Source of the DNA: Sedimentisphaerales bacterium
GTDB taxonomy: Bacteria; Planctomycetota; Phycisphaerae; Sedimentisphaerales; Anaerobacaceae
Length of the DNA: 64,000 nucleotides
Direction: 5' to 3'
NCBI GenBank assembly: GCA_963708075.1
Contig: OY970194.1
Span: 3,520,001 to 3,584,000, forward strand
The translations under genes and the position numbers were made by a program. Positions 1 to 9,966 of the stretch are shown piece by piece; positions within the stretch are counted from its first letter, which is position 1, and each line of letters starts with the position of its first letter. The notes beneath the pieces are model-generated. The model had not been told where the DNA came from, did no database searches, and saw nothing but the letters and a program-made list of their open reading frames with translations.

Positions 1-1157
1 TGGCCAGGGCTTCGAGGTAGCGGTCATTGACTTGTTGCGAGACTTGACTGCGGGCGTATAAGTCCACGATGCCCTTGCTCATGGGCAGCATCCTCTTGGA
101 ACCCTGGGGATCGCGTTCGGACCGGCGGTAGACACGAAAGGCCCGAGCGTTGTTGATCGTGCACTCCGTACGCAGGATCGAGCCGGCCTTGTCATAGACC
201 TTGACGGAGTTGGCGTGTGCCTGGTGCTTGACCCGAATTCCTTCGGGACGATCCCGGTAACTGCTGATCACCTCCTCCTGGCAGTTGGGATACAGACGCT
301 TGCCGAGGAACCGCAGCACATCCTTGCTGCCAAAGGCGATCATGGAGCCACGCACCAGTTGGGGATAGATACGGCCCAACGCCTTGGGATCATCAAAGGC
401 GATATCCGTCGCCCATTCGGTTCTCATGACTGGTCCAGTAGTAGTGCAAAGGAAAACCGGCAAACATCGTCTCGTGGGCCGGATTGAGGAATCGTGCGAT
501 GCGGCCGAACTGCCGGCACCAATCGGTGCGGTGCAGTTGGTCCATCAATGCCTGAGCCCGTGGAAAATCAGCCATCCAGGGAAAGCAGTTGTCACACCGC
601 CGGTACGCCAGATGCTCTTGATCCATCCTCTTGGCCAGCCATTCGCGGCCGTTCATCCACATCTGAATGGCAAAGGGAAACCACGTTTGGATGCGGGCGC
701 CCATGAACCCGAAGTAGGCATCGTACCAGTAATGGTACAGGTGCATGCACTTGCCTTGAAACAGCTCCAAATCCAGCGTCTTGGCCTGGCGATTCTTATG
801 AAGCTTGTAGGTCATGCATGGCTCAATCGTACGCAGAATGCAAATCAGTCCCTCCCGGATGCCATCGCGGGCAGCGATGTCCAAAGCGACTTGTTCCTTA
901 TTGGTTCGGCTGGAGTGCAGGTACACATTGGGTCGGCCGGCCTGTTCGGCCTTGGCCACAGAGGCCTGGATCAGTTGCGCCGTCTTGTCCAGGGCGTACT
1001 GCTTGAAGTCCTTCATGAGAATGCTGCGATACGCCAGGTAGGAACACATCCCCGCCAGGTTGGCCACCAGGCGAAGGGTCCCACGAAAAACGATGCGGTC
1101 CCAGCCGCTCAAAACCCCTATAATGTGCTTCTTGTGCTTCTCCATGAACGATTGCAT
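1..1157 (-). CDS. Uncharacterised putative transposase/replication-initiator-like protein; 3' end outside the window; one +1 frameshift at ~421
   Basis: AAGGAGG RBS precedes ATG at 1157 (MQSFMEKHKKHIIGVLSGWDRIVFRGTL). Removing one base at 421-422 extends the frame to the window edge: HETEWATDIAF...RPEGIRVKHQAHANSVKVYDKAGSILRTECTINN...KGIVDLYARSQVSQQVNDRYLEALA. The mobile-element role is inference. Confidence 0.7.
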
Positions 1158-1246
1158 GGCATCCTCCTTGAAAAAACAGGTTGTCAGGTACAGCAACCAG
1201 CATAGCAGGGATGGATGCCTTTTTCATTCCAGAGGCTTGTGATCAT

Positions 1247-1292
1247 CCTTTTCCTTTTTGCCCTCGATAGGCTTGGGGCAAAAAGGAAAAGG
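1247..1292. repeat. Perfect 17-bp inverted repeat upstream of the Rep-like gene
   Basis: CCTTTTCCTTTTTGCCC (1247-1263) and GGGCAAAAAGGAAAAGG (1276-1292), with a 12-nt loop. Confidence 0.9.
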
Positions 1293-1500
1293 GTGACCAT
1301 CGTGGACAACAAGCGGGGCCAGCAGCGTCCACGGAGTGTGAGCAAGAAAAATGACAGGCGAGTCACGAGGGCGGATTCAACATCGCCGAGGATCGCGACT
1401 CTCGCTGGCGGCCCAGACTCGTGACCGAGACCACGCCTGGCATGTTCTTGCCACACGCAGTAGCTGCGGTCGAACGAGAACGCACATGCGATACGCCTTT

Positions 1501-1670
1501 GGTTGCGGCCGAAGGCCGCGCCAAGTTCATCGGCGTTGATCTGCGGTTCCATTCTTCCTCTGCGGTGGACAATGAGAGTCCGCATGGGCTAAAGCCCATC
1601 CCACTGAACTGGATTCCCGCCTCCGCGGGAATGACAGGAGGGAATCGGTGGGGCGAGCCCCACCCTGCGA
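1501..1670. repeat. Cluster of short REP-like palindromes
   Basis: GCGGCCGAAGGCCGC (~1505-1519), ATGGGCTAAAGCCCAT (~1584-1599), ATTCCC-N8-GGGAAT (1613-1632) and GGTGGGGCGAGCCCCACC (~1647-1664). Confidence 0.75.
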
Positions 1671-1910
1671 ATGCTTTCCATCGAGCCATCCGACCTCGCA
1701 CTTCACCCCTGTCACTTGTCCCGTACCGCGTTTCCCTTGCCTGCTGCGCGGGTGCCCGGCATGATGATCGCGAGAGGCACATGTCTGGTGATGCTACGAC
1801 GAATGAGAGTCACGGCCCTTCGTGGGCCGGATAGATGTGGTGAGACCGAAATGTGTGGGATGGCCATGAAGGTGCGAGGGGCAGGATAAAGGAGATGAGA
1901 GAAGCCGTAA

Positions 1911-1949
1911 ATAGGTGACCGTCCCCGTTTTCCAGTCCCCGTTTTCCAG
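1911..1949. repeat. Short tandem duplication GTCCCCGTTTTCCA x2
   Basis: GGTGACC-GTCCCCGTTTTCCA-GTCCCCGTTTTCCA, read directly. Confidence 0.7.
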
Positions 1950-2016
1950 AGCGACACTACAAGATGATTCCCACCAACGCCGAAGCCCTCCGCCGAGGCG
2001 CCGCCTTCGCCCTCTG

Positions 2017-5000
2017 TCACGTGTAGCCCGCGACCCGTTCCGGATGCAGACGGACATACTCGTGCACTTTGCGGAGCTCCCGGCGCGGTATCAGTGCACA
2101 CATCCGCGGCAAGTCAAGATGGGATTCGGCGAGTCTCTGGTGATGATGCCGGTCCTTCGTACATCTCCACGCGGGCTTACCACCCCATTCGCCATACTCG
2201 ACAGGGGATCCACACCGCGCACAGATAATCACGCCACCTTGGGGGCCGGGCTGATCAATCTCACGCGTATAGCAGTAATCACGAACGCACCGCCAGAAGT
2301 ATGGTTCGTCTTCGCCCTCACAAGCAACGATCTCACTTTGACAAATGGGGCATACTGGAGAACCATTTGCATACTCCTGCAGAAGCTCGTGCAACCGCAG
2401 AGTCTTCTCATATTCCTCAACCACTCTCCTGCTGATCCAGCGTTCCATGTGCTCCTCGGTATTGCCGTAGCTCAGTGGGCTGAAGGAACCTCCCCAGACT
2501 ATCGTATCATCGATAAAAATGAGTTTTTCGTGCATCTTCTGTTTATGGATCACGACGACGCCCCACTGTTCGAGTGTTTTCTCAAGCAATTGGTAGTGCG
2601 CGACTTCCCTCTTGCCCCGGTCGGAGGAAGGCTTCGTTATGACATAGACCCGTGCGCCACGTTCCACAGCCGCCTTAAGCTGGGGCTCGAATAGTGATAG
2701 CCTGTTCTGCCTGAGAACAGGCGAATATATTACAATTCTTTGCCGTGCGAGGGCCACATCCTCACGAAGGTAACCATCGAACTCCTCTTCTGCAAATACG
2801 ATTCTCGCCTCGTGTGGGGTGATCTCTCCTCCAGAGACTCGGCGTTGCGCCCGTGCAGCTTTCGCAGCAAGGCCGCTCTTGACCACATCAAGTGCCGAGA
2901 CACTCTTGCAGCGTTCCTCGAGAAACGGTATCAGCCTGCCTCCAACAAACGCCCTCCTGCCCTTCTTCCGAATATAGGAGAAGTCACCTGCGATCAGCAG
3001 CCGACACCGTGCCCTGGTAATAGCTACATTCAGAAGCCGCTTCATGTCGCGATCGTGATCGGCCATGAACATGGCCGCCTCTTGTGGTTCATCGTCGACA
3101 AGGTCAACGATAACGACGTCGGCTTCGCAAGCTTGAAGGCTGTGCGCAGTACCGGCTCTCACCTCTGCGCTGAGTTTCTGTTCCTCAATCATTATTTGAA
3201 GCAGCCTCGTATGCTCGCTGTATGGTGACACAATCAGAATACGTGGTTCATTCCCCACGTCAGCCTGCTCTCGATGATCTCGCAATAGCTGTTCAGCAAT
3301 GTCGAGACACGCGGCCGCGGAAAGGAAGTTCAGTCGGCTTGATCCATGATTCTGTGGAACACCCGTCGCCCATGCATTCAGACTGCCGGTGTCAACCAAT
3401 AGTACGTGGCAATCGTACCGCCACGCAGGGTTGTACCATTCAGGGTCCCTGCCCTCTTGCACCTTGTCCGCATCCGCAAGCTCACCCTCGTAGATGAGAG
3501 TATTCACAACGGCACTTATATCCGGGTGCATTCGATACTGTTGTCTGAGATGGACGACGGAAGGACGGCCGCTGCAAATCCCGGCGGCCTCAAATATGTC
3601 GGTCCCCAACCATTTTCGGGCGAGCTCCTGCGTAGAGATCGCAACGGGCGGCAACTGCTCTGGATCCCCTGCGACCACGATGCTCGATGTAGCTGCACTC
3701 GCGGCTACCCAGAGGGCCGGGATCGGGGCCATTGAGGCCTCATCAATGATGATGGTGTCAAATGTCCGACCTTGAATCGCGTCTCGAAGGTATGCTCGTG
3801 TCAAGGTAGTTGCCACCACTCGTGCCGCTTCAATCACGAGCTGATCGACTCGCTTCAGGTCTTCTTCAATAGTGACCAGCTCCGTTTCGATTGTCTCGAT
3901 CTGCGCGTTAACGGCGCCGCGATCGGAGACAAGTGCCTCCAGTCCTTCGTCTTGGGTCATCTCGACCGCACGCCTATAAGCCGACTCCATTCGTGCCAGC
4001 ATTCCTTCGATGGAGTCTGCACCGTCTTGTGCAAGGCCAGGCTGATCCAGTTCACTCATGCGGGTCCGCAGGGAATCCTGCAGTCTCGCCGTGTTGCTCT
4101 GCAAATCGCGGCTCAGTTCCTCGATTTTTGCGGCGGTCTCCCGGACATGTGTGTCGTAAGCATGTACCCTTTGCAGGAGCTCTGCCGGTTCACACCAATA
4201 GGATAGCCGGAAATGCCGGACTTCTTCTGTCAGCACTCCCCGCTCCTCTTTGAATGCACGCAACTTCGCTTTGGCTTTATCGAGGGCGAGTCGCTGTTCT
4301 TCAACAGCATCCCCGACCGTTCGAATCCTCTCTGTTTGCTCTTTCGGATTGGGCAATCCTTGCCACCTCCTCACGAGCCAATTGACCGCGCATGTTTCTA
4401 CGAGCAGCGTCCTTGCTCGACAGAATTCGGCATCCATCTGTTCCACAGCCGCCGTACCCTGAGCTATCTCATGCTCCGCAGCGTGAATCACCTCGGCGAC
4501 TTGCGCGAGTTTTGACGTGTCCCTCTCACTCTGCTCGATATCCGCTCTGGCTTTCTCGTAGTACTGCGCCTGTGATTCAAGGCCCCGCAGTACGCCCCGC
4601 AGCTCCTCGATCTCGGTTTCGCGGCCGCGAAGATCATCCAATTCCCTCCGCGCCTGTTCCATGTCGGTTACAGCAAGGCATACCCACTCATGGAGTTCGA
4701 TCTTCTTGCAGAGGGCCTTCACTTTCTCTATGCACTGCTCCTGTACATGGTGCAGGCCCGTCCGTCGATCCGCAAGCGCATGGGAACGTCTTTCGGCATG
4801 AGTACTCAGCAGCAGGTCCGGGTGCCGCTCTTTCAACCGGATGTCCCTGGGATCGCCGACTCTGATCACAAGGCCCTGCCGACGCGGCTCATCATCAAGA
4901 TACGCATTCATTTCCAGCAGCGCCCGGTCAACCGCCGCATTTGTGTGAGAGACGATCAGTACCGAGCGATCGGAGCGCAGCAACGCGGTTGCGATAGCGC

Positions 5001-5649
5001 CAATCGTCTTGCTCTTGCCTGTGCCGGGAGGCCCCTGAATGAACGTCGCGTGGAATCCCAAGCTCGCTGCAAGAGCCCTGTTTTGTTCCGGGTTCAGGCC
5101 ATAGGGCTTCTCATCGACCCATGCGGGAGAACCATGCACATCCGCGTCAAGCAGCCTGTCACCAACAACGTTCGGCAAGTCAGCCTTCGTCTCAATACGC
5201 TCAATGAGCTTTCGCATGAGGAGCGTCAAGTCGCTGTGCAGGCGAGCGCAAGGAACGGTGAGCCCAAGGTCCTCCGGCACACTCAGCGTGATCGCCATGC
5301 CGTCGACCGCCACCACGGAGACCTCAAGAGGCTCTCGATCCGGCAGTAAGAGGTCACCCGGAGCATCGCCGGGAAGGTTCAGTGCGTTCTCTAATTCGAA
5401 GACATAGTGAACACTTCCAGCAACCAGCCCGATGCGTCTCCCATGGACAAGGCCCACAGCAAAACTCTCTGCGTAGCGTCTGGCAGCCTCTATCTCCTGT
5501 CGCAATGCGGATCGGAATTCGGCCAGTCTCCCGGTGAGAGCTACCTCCGCATTCGGGCATGATTCGGCCACGGCCGGCGAGATTCCCTTTTCTCTCGGTT
5601 CAGGCAGCAAACGAAACGGACACATCCTATCCTCCACCATGCATGGCAC
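2017..5649 (-). CDS. SF1 (Upf1/Dna2-like) helicase with coiled-coil insertion, C-terminal PLD-like nuclease domain and Zn ribbons; start uncertain
   Basis: Helicase motifs QGPPGTGKS, IIIDEASM, GDPEQLPP, LRQQYRMHP and LLNVAITRAR; PLD HxK-x4-D motif MHEKLIFIDD; CPIC...C..C and CARC...C clusters. Confidence 0.88.
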   Translation of the reverse strand: MPCMVEDRMCPFRLLPEPREKGISPAVAESCPNAEVALTGRLAEFRSALRQEIEAARRYAESFAVGLVHGRRIGLVAGSVHYVFELENALNLPGDAPGDLLLPDREPLEVSVVAVDGMAITLSVPEDLGLTVPCARLHSDLTLLMRKLIERIETKADLPNVVGDRLLDADVHGSPAWVDEKPYGLNPEQNRALAASLGFHATFIQGPPGTGKSKTIGAIATALLRSDRSVLIVSHTNAAVDRALLEMNAYLDDEPRRQGLVIRVGDPRDIRLKERHPDLLLSTHAERRSHALADRRTGLHHVQEQCIEKVKALCKKIELHEWVCLAVTDMEQARRELDDLRGRETEIEELRGVLRGLESQAQYYEKARADIEQSERDTSKLAQVAEVIHAAEHEIAQGTAAVEQMDAEFCRARTLLVETCAVNWLVRRWQGLPNPKEQTERIRTVGDAVEEQRLALDKAKAKLRAFKEERGVLTEEVRHFRLSYWCEPAELLQRVHAYDTHVRETAAKIEELSRDLQSNTARLQDSLRTRMSELDQPGLAQDGADSIEGMLARMESAYRRAVEMTQDEGLEALVSDRGAVNAQIETIETELVTIEEDLKRVDQLVIEAARVVATTLTRAYLRDAIQGRTFDTIIIDEASMAPIPALWVAASAATSSIVVAGDPEQLPPVAISTQELARKWLGTDIFEAAGICSGRPSVVHLRQQYRMHPDISAVVNTLIYEGELADADKVQEGRDPEWYNPAWRYDCHVLLVDTGSLNAWATGVPQNHGSSRLNFLSAAACLDIAEQLLRDHREQADVGNEPRILIVSPYSEHTRLLQIMIEEQKLSAEVRAGTAHSLQACEADVVIVDLVDDEPQEAAMFMADHDRDMKRLLNVAITRARCRLLIAGDFSYIRKKGRRAFVGGRLIPFLEERCKSVSALDVVKSGLAAKAARAQRRVSGGEITPHEARIVFAEEEFDGYLREDVALARQRIVIYSPVLRQNRLSLFEPQLKAAVERGARVYVITKPSSDRGKREVAHYQLLEKTLEQWGVVVIHKQKMHEKLIFIDDTIVWGGSFSPLSYGNTEEHMERWISRRVVEEYEKTLRLHELLQEYANGSPVCPICQSEIVACEGEDEPYFWRCVRDYCYTREIDQPGPQGGVIICARCGSPVEYGEWGGKPAWRCTKDRHHHQRLAESHLDLPRMCALIPRRELRKVHEYVRLHPERVAGYT

Positions 5650-5863
5650 CTTGGCACGAGATGACAGCAGGGCCCTTTCACCTGCCGATTCCGCCCCCGA
5701 CGTGGGCCCCCTTGTTGCATGCCTATTCCCACGCAGGTCAGTTGTCTGCGGTCACCGCGGCCCGTGGCGGATCAGTACGTGATCGTCCCAATGCCCGAAA
5801 AGCTCTCCGTGATTGTCAGCAAAGGCCACACGAGATTCGTGGCGGTCCTCAGTATCGATGGGA

Positions 5864-6538
5864 TTACGCTACGTCGCGTCTCAGGCGCCAGCCGGCGACA
5901 CCCAGACCAAGCGCACCGAGCAGGACTGCACCGGGCAGCGGTACAGCAGCGACCTCAAATCGCATATTCGGTCCATCGAAGAAGTCCGGTGCAGTCGGGC
6001 CATATGTATCTGTCGGCCACGTGGGGGCCGAGGCCGTGCCTGTCGCGGTCCAAACCGACTGGACGAACTCTACGACATCGCCGTTGAACACAGGTCCAGG
6101 ACCGCCGACATTACTGTTGTGCTCCTGATTGGCGGCGTCCCAGCCATACCCGACGAGGGTGTATTGTCCGACCGCCAGGTCGAGCGGGCTGATCGACTTA
6201 AACCAGTAATTGCTCGCGGCATCGAACGCGCCCGGGTTGGCAGCCGTGAAGGTCTGGGAGGCGATCACGTTTTGCTCCGCGTCGAACAGCACGGTCGTGA
6301 GGAGCGCATTTGCACCCAGGATGCCATTGGCCTCACTGTCGTAGATGCCAAGTTCCAAGACGGTGACGGTCGGGGCGGTGACGTCGAATGTCCACCCCAC
6401 GCCGCCCCAGGTTTGGTTCCCCACGGTAGTCCGGGCCGTATGCATGGCCACAAGATCGGCGTTTACCGAACCCGCGGCCAGGAGCACGGTCACTACCGCG
6501 GCGAACACTGCTGATGCCCACTTAGCTGTTCTCTTCAT
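5864..6538 (-). CDS. Secreted protein with PEP-CTERM-like (VPLP-CTERM) sorting signal
   Basis: GGAGG RBS; signal peptide MKRTAKWASAVFAAVVTVLLAAGSVNA; C-terminus VPLPGAVLLGALGLGVAGWRLRR (motif, TM helix, basic tail). Confidence 0.85.
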   Translation of the reverse strand: MKRTAKWASAVFAAVVTVLLAAGSVNADLVAMHTARTTVGNQTWGGVGWTFDVTAPTVTVLELGIYDSEANGILGANALLTTVLFDAEQNVIASQTFTAANPGAFDAASNYWFKSISPLDLAVGQYTLVGYGWDAANQEHNSNVGGPGPVFNGDVVEFVQSVWTATGTASAPTWPTDTYGPTAPDFFDGPNMRFEVAAVPLPGAVLLGALGLGVAGWRLRRDVA

Positions 6539-7086
6539 CCCATTCCTCCATTTTGTCCCCCATACCCTCAATGTGCCCAACGGGCCTGCATTTATGGACA
6601 CGCTTCATCCAATAGCAGACCGCGGCCCGCTCTGTATTCTGCGCCGCCGCCAGTCAACCTCTGCTTCGTCCGTGAGAATAGAGAACTCCCTGAGTTGCGA
6701 AGGAGACGCCTCCTTACAGTCTCTCATCACTCTCTACGTTTGATTTTACCAGAAGCACCTTTCGCGTGTCAATAGACAGGGCTACATGTTCTTTCGGAGC
6801 GTGCAGGAATTTCGGGGACAGCATGGAATGGCGGTCCCTTAAGGCGATCCTTGCCAGGCTGATCCGCGTTTTCAGGGCAGAAACACCGATTTCGGACAGG
6901 CCCATCCGCTTGACGGACCGCCATTCGGGACAGCAGGCTAATCAGTAAGATGTTCCTGAAATCAGCCATCCGGCGAACGTGTGTACTCAAGTACGCCGGA
7001 GCACTGTTCGATATATACAGATCCGGGAACGTCGTTTTCTGGCGGAGCCAAGCTGAGATAGAAGACCACTGAAGGAAGGTACTATC

Positions 7087-8091
7087 ATGCCCGACATGCA
7101 GAGTACGGAGCCGGAACGAAAACCGCGACACGGGAAGTGGTTCATTGTGGCGGGTCTGATGGCGGCTCTCACAGTATTACTCATACGGCCAATGATACAC
7201 TGCCCCAGCAAGTCCGCTGCTCAGGTCGTGAATCCAGTTCCCTCGCCACACGTCACATCGCTTCCGTGGGTCACAGTGCCTGCGCAGATCCCAGCGTCTC
7301 CACAGGTCACAGCGCTTCCGCCGGCGGATACAGACGAATCTGAGAATACCGTCTCCAGTCAAGTTGTGGAATCCGAAGAAGCCGCACGGCTTCAGGCCCT
7401 GGATGCCGAACTGGCGGAACTCGATACCTACGTTGCCGAAGAACGCCAGAGGATTGAGACGTGGTATGCGAGTGCTCTGGCACAGTTGAAAGCCTGGGCG
7501 GAAAATCGATGCAAGAAGCTTGACGGCGAAGAGAAGGCGCCATGGGCGTGGTGCCTGCGACAGATACAGAATACCGAGGCGCATACGGAAGGCCGCATGA
7601 TGACAAAGAGTTACAGCCAGGGAAGCGGGCGTTTCTCTCCAAATGGTTACGTCGTGGGAAGCGGCTATTCCAGGACAGAAGGACGCATCACACAAGTCAG
7701 GCGCAGTCAAACAGCGGGTGATCCCGCGGCAGACTACCGCAGGTTCCTGATCGGGATTGAGAACTCACGTGCCGCCGTGGAGCGAGAGTTGAACCGGCTG
7801 AGAGAAGTGCGAGACAGGCAGTTTGCCCAGCTTGAGGCGTTCGCCAATCCCAAGAAAGCAGCGATAGCAACCAGGAGACTGAATCTAAACCGGGAGACTG
7901 CGAGACGAATACAAGGCGGTCCCGGCCTGCTGGACGGAATCTTTGCCTCCGGCAGTGGGTATGGCGCCATGATTGATGGCGAGGTTGTCCATGAAGGCAG
8001 TTCAATAAATGGATATCGGGTCCGCAGCATCACCCGTGATAATGTCCAGTGTGAAAAGGATGGACAGGTGTTCACCCTGAGTATGCCGTGA
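7087..8091 (+). CDS. Membrane-anchored coiled-coil protein with C-terminal GspB/MshK-like domain
   Basis: AAGGAAGG RBS; N-terminal TM helix; Pro-rich linker; coiled coil; C-terminal LDGIF...AMIDGEVVHEGSSINGYRVRSITRDNV. Confidence 0.6.
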   Translation: MPDMQSTEPERKPRHGKWFIVAGLMAALTVLLIRPMIHCPSKSAAQVVNPVPSPHVTSLPWVTVPAQIPASPQVTALPPADTDESENTVSSQVVESEEAARLQALDAELAELDTYVAEERQRIETWYASALAQLKAWAENRCKKLDGEEKAPWAWCLRQIQNTEAHTEGRMMTKSYSQGSGRFSPNGYVVGSGYSRTEGRITQVRRSQTAGDPAADYRRFLIGIENSRAAVERELNRLREVRDRQFAQLEAFANPKKAAIATRRLNLNRETARRIQGGPGLLDGIFASGSGYGAMIDGEVVHEGSSINGYRVRSITRDNVQCEKDGQVFTLSMP

Positions 8092-8144
8092 TGAAGTGCG
8101 GCTGATTCCGCAATTCAACGCACCACGCCGCGTCCCCCCCTCTC

Positions 8145-8172
8145 GTACGGGCGAATCGTCATTCGCCCCTAC
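8145..8172 (-). repeat. GTAG-type REP palindrome
   Basis: Minus strand reads GTAGGGGCGAATGACGATTCGCCCGTAC. Confidence 0.75.
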
Positions 8173-8489
8173 CATTATCAATCCAAGGGGCGCGGGACCG
8201 AGTCTCAATTATCAACTATTGCGTCGCATTGATTGGCGAAAGGGGACGGGCACTGTCCTTCTTCGTGCTCTCGGTGGTCAAGAGCGGTTGCCTTTGGACT
8301 GATGATTGGCACGACAGCCGGGGTTGTCTCAGGCTGGAGGCTTTAGGCCGTAGCATGATAACCATGCAACCATTGAACTGGAATTGCGATGGAATCGTAA
8401 GTAATCGAGAGTCCGGTCGTGGGCGATGAAGCGCTGGTGTTCCCCATCTGAATGCGGAGGAATCCATAGGTTCCCGTGCAGGCGATCTT

Positions 8490-8556
8490 GCGAAACAAAG
8501 CCAACTCATCCGGCCGGCGGAGGGTAGGCATGGCGGGCTGGGCGAAACAAAGCCAA
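8490..8556 (+). repeat. 15-bp direct repeat GCGAAACAAAGCCAA x2
   Basis: Identical copies at 8490-8504 and 8542-8556. Confidence 0.8.
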
Positions 8557-8619
8557 TTTCCGGACATAAGCCGGGCGAATGGCGGCTGCAATGAGGCGTG
8601 GAGAAGGTCTGAAAAAACC

Positions 8620-8648
8620 TTGCTCCATCCTGTCGCATGGGCTACAAT
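8620..8648 (+). promoter_or_regulatory. Putative sigma70 promoter for clpX
   Basis: TTGCTC-17 nt-TACAAT, about 46 nt before the ATG. Confidence 0.55.
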
Positions 8649-8694
8649 CAGGCGGGTAGGAGGTATATAAGGGGTTCTGAACGAGAGAACAGGG

Positions 8695-9966
8695 ATGACG
8701 AAACAGACGAACAATCGAAAATCCAAAGCAATTTGCAGTTTCTGCGGCCGTTCGGGCAGTCAGGCGGATACCCTCATCGAGGGGCCGGACAATGTATTCA
8801 TCTGCCCTGAATGCGTGGAGCTGTGCCATAATATCATCAAGCAGAACCGCCGGCAGTCGAGCGGACAGCGTGCGGGCCTGAGGGAATTGCCCAAACCGCG
8901 TGAGGTAAAGGAGTACCTCGACCAGTATGTGATCGGCCAGGAGAACGCCAAGCGGTACCTGTCCGTAGCGGTGCACAACCACTACAAGCGGCTGCTCCAC
9001 GGCGATATCGGCGATAGCGACGTCGAGCTGGACAAGTCGAACGTCATGCTGATCGGCCCGACGGGCAGCGGCAAGACGCTGCTGGCCCGGACGCTGGCCC
9101 GCAAGCTCGATGTGCCCTTTGCCATCTGCGACGCTACGACGGTCACAGAAGCCGGCTACGTCGGCGAGGACGTGGAGAATTTCCTTCTGCGGCTACTGCA
9201 AAACGCCGATTATGACCTCGACGCCGCTCAGCGGGGCATCGTCTATATCGACGAAATCGACAAGATCGGCAAGACCTACCAGAACATCTCGATCACCCGC
9301 GACGTCTCCGGCGAGGGCGTGCAGCAGGCCCTGCTTAAGATGCTCGAAGGCACGATCGCGAACATCCCGCCCCAGGGCGGCCGCAAGCACCCCGAGCAAT
9401 CCTACATCCAGATGGATACGACCGACATCCTGTTCATCTGCGGCGGCACGTTCGTCGGGCTGGACAACATCATCAAGAAGCGCCTCGGCCGCAAGATGAT
9501 CGGCTTCGGCTCGGAACTGGCGACCAAGGCGGATGCCCACGAGGAATTCACCGATGTGCTGGAGCAGGTCATCCCCGAGGATATCATCGAGTTCGGCATG
9601 ATTCCCGAAATCGTCGGCCGCCTGCCCGTGGTGGCCACGCTTGGAGCCCTGGATGAAGAAGCTCTGGTCGACATTCTGACGAAACCCAAGAACGCACTGG
9701 TTCGGCAGTATCAGCGATTCTTCGAGATGGAGGACGCCGAGCTGGAGTTCACGCCGGAGGCCTTGCGTGCCCTGGCGCGAAAGGCCCTCAAGCATGACAC
9801 GGGGGCAAGGGCGCTGCGGTCGATCACCGAGGACCTCATGGTCGATCTGATGTATCAACTGCCCGAAGAGGCGAAACCGGCAAGATACGTGATCACGAGT
9901 GATATCGTGGAAGGCAGGGTCGATCTCACGGCCGCCAGGCAGCAAGTCCGCAAGGAATCCGCCTGA
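8695..9966 (+). CDS. clpX: ATP-dependent Clp protease ATP-binding subunit ClpX
   Basis: Zn finger CSFC...[37 protein letters not shown] loop; TGARALR. Confidence 0.98.
   Translation: MTKQTNNRKSKAICSFCGRSGSQADTLIEGPDNVFICPECVELCHNIIKQNRRQSSGQRAGLRELPKPREVKEYLDQYVIGQENAKRYLSVAVHNHYKRLLHGDIGDSDVELDKSNVMLIGPTGSGKTLLARTLARKLDVPFAICDATTVTEAGYVGEDVENFLLRLLQNADYDLDAAQRGIVYIDEIDKIGKTYQNISITRDVSGEGVQQALLKMLEGTIANIPPQGGRKHPEQSYIQMDTTDILFICGGTFVGLDNIIKKRLGRKMIGFGSELATKADAHEEFTDVLEQVIPEDIIEFGMIPEIVGRLPVVATLGALDEEALVDILTKPKNALVRQYQRFFEMEDAELEFTPEALRALARKALKHDTGARALRSITEDLMVDLMYQLPEEAKPARYVITSDIVEGRVDLTAARQQVRKESA

Noticed and set aside
6823..6948. Possible 41-aa ORF (MEWRSLKAIL...)
   Set aside because: Only a weak RBS and no recognisable motif; insufficient support.
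8490..8556. CRISPR array from the 15-bp direct repeat
   Set aside because: Only two short copies and no cas genes.
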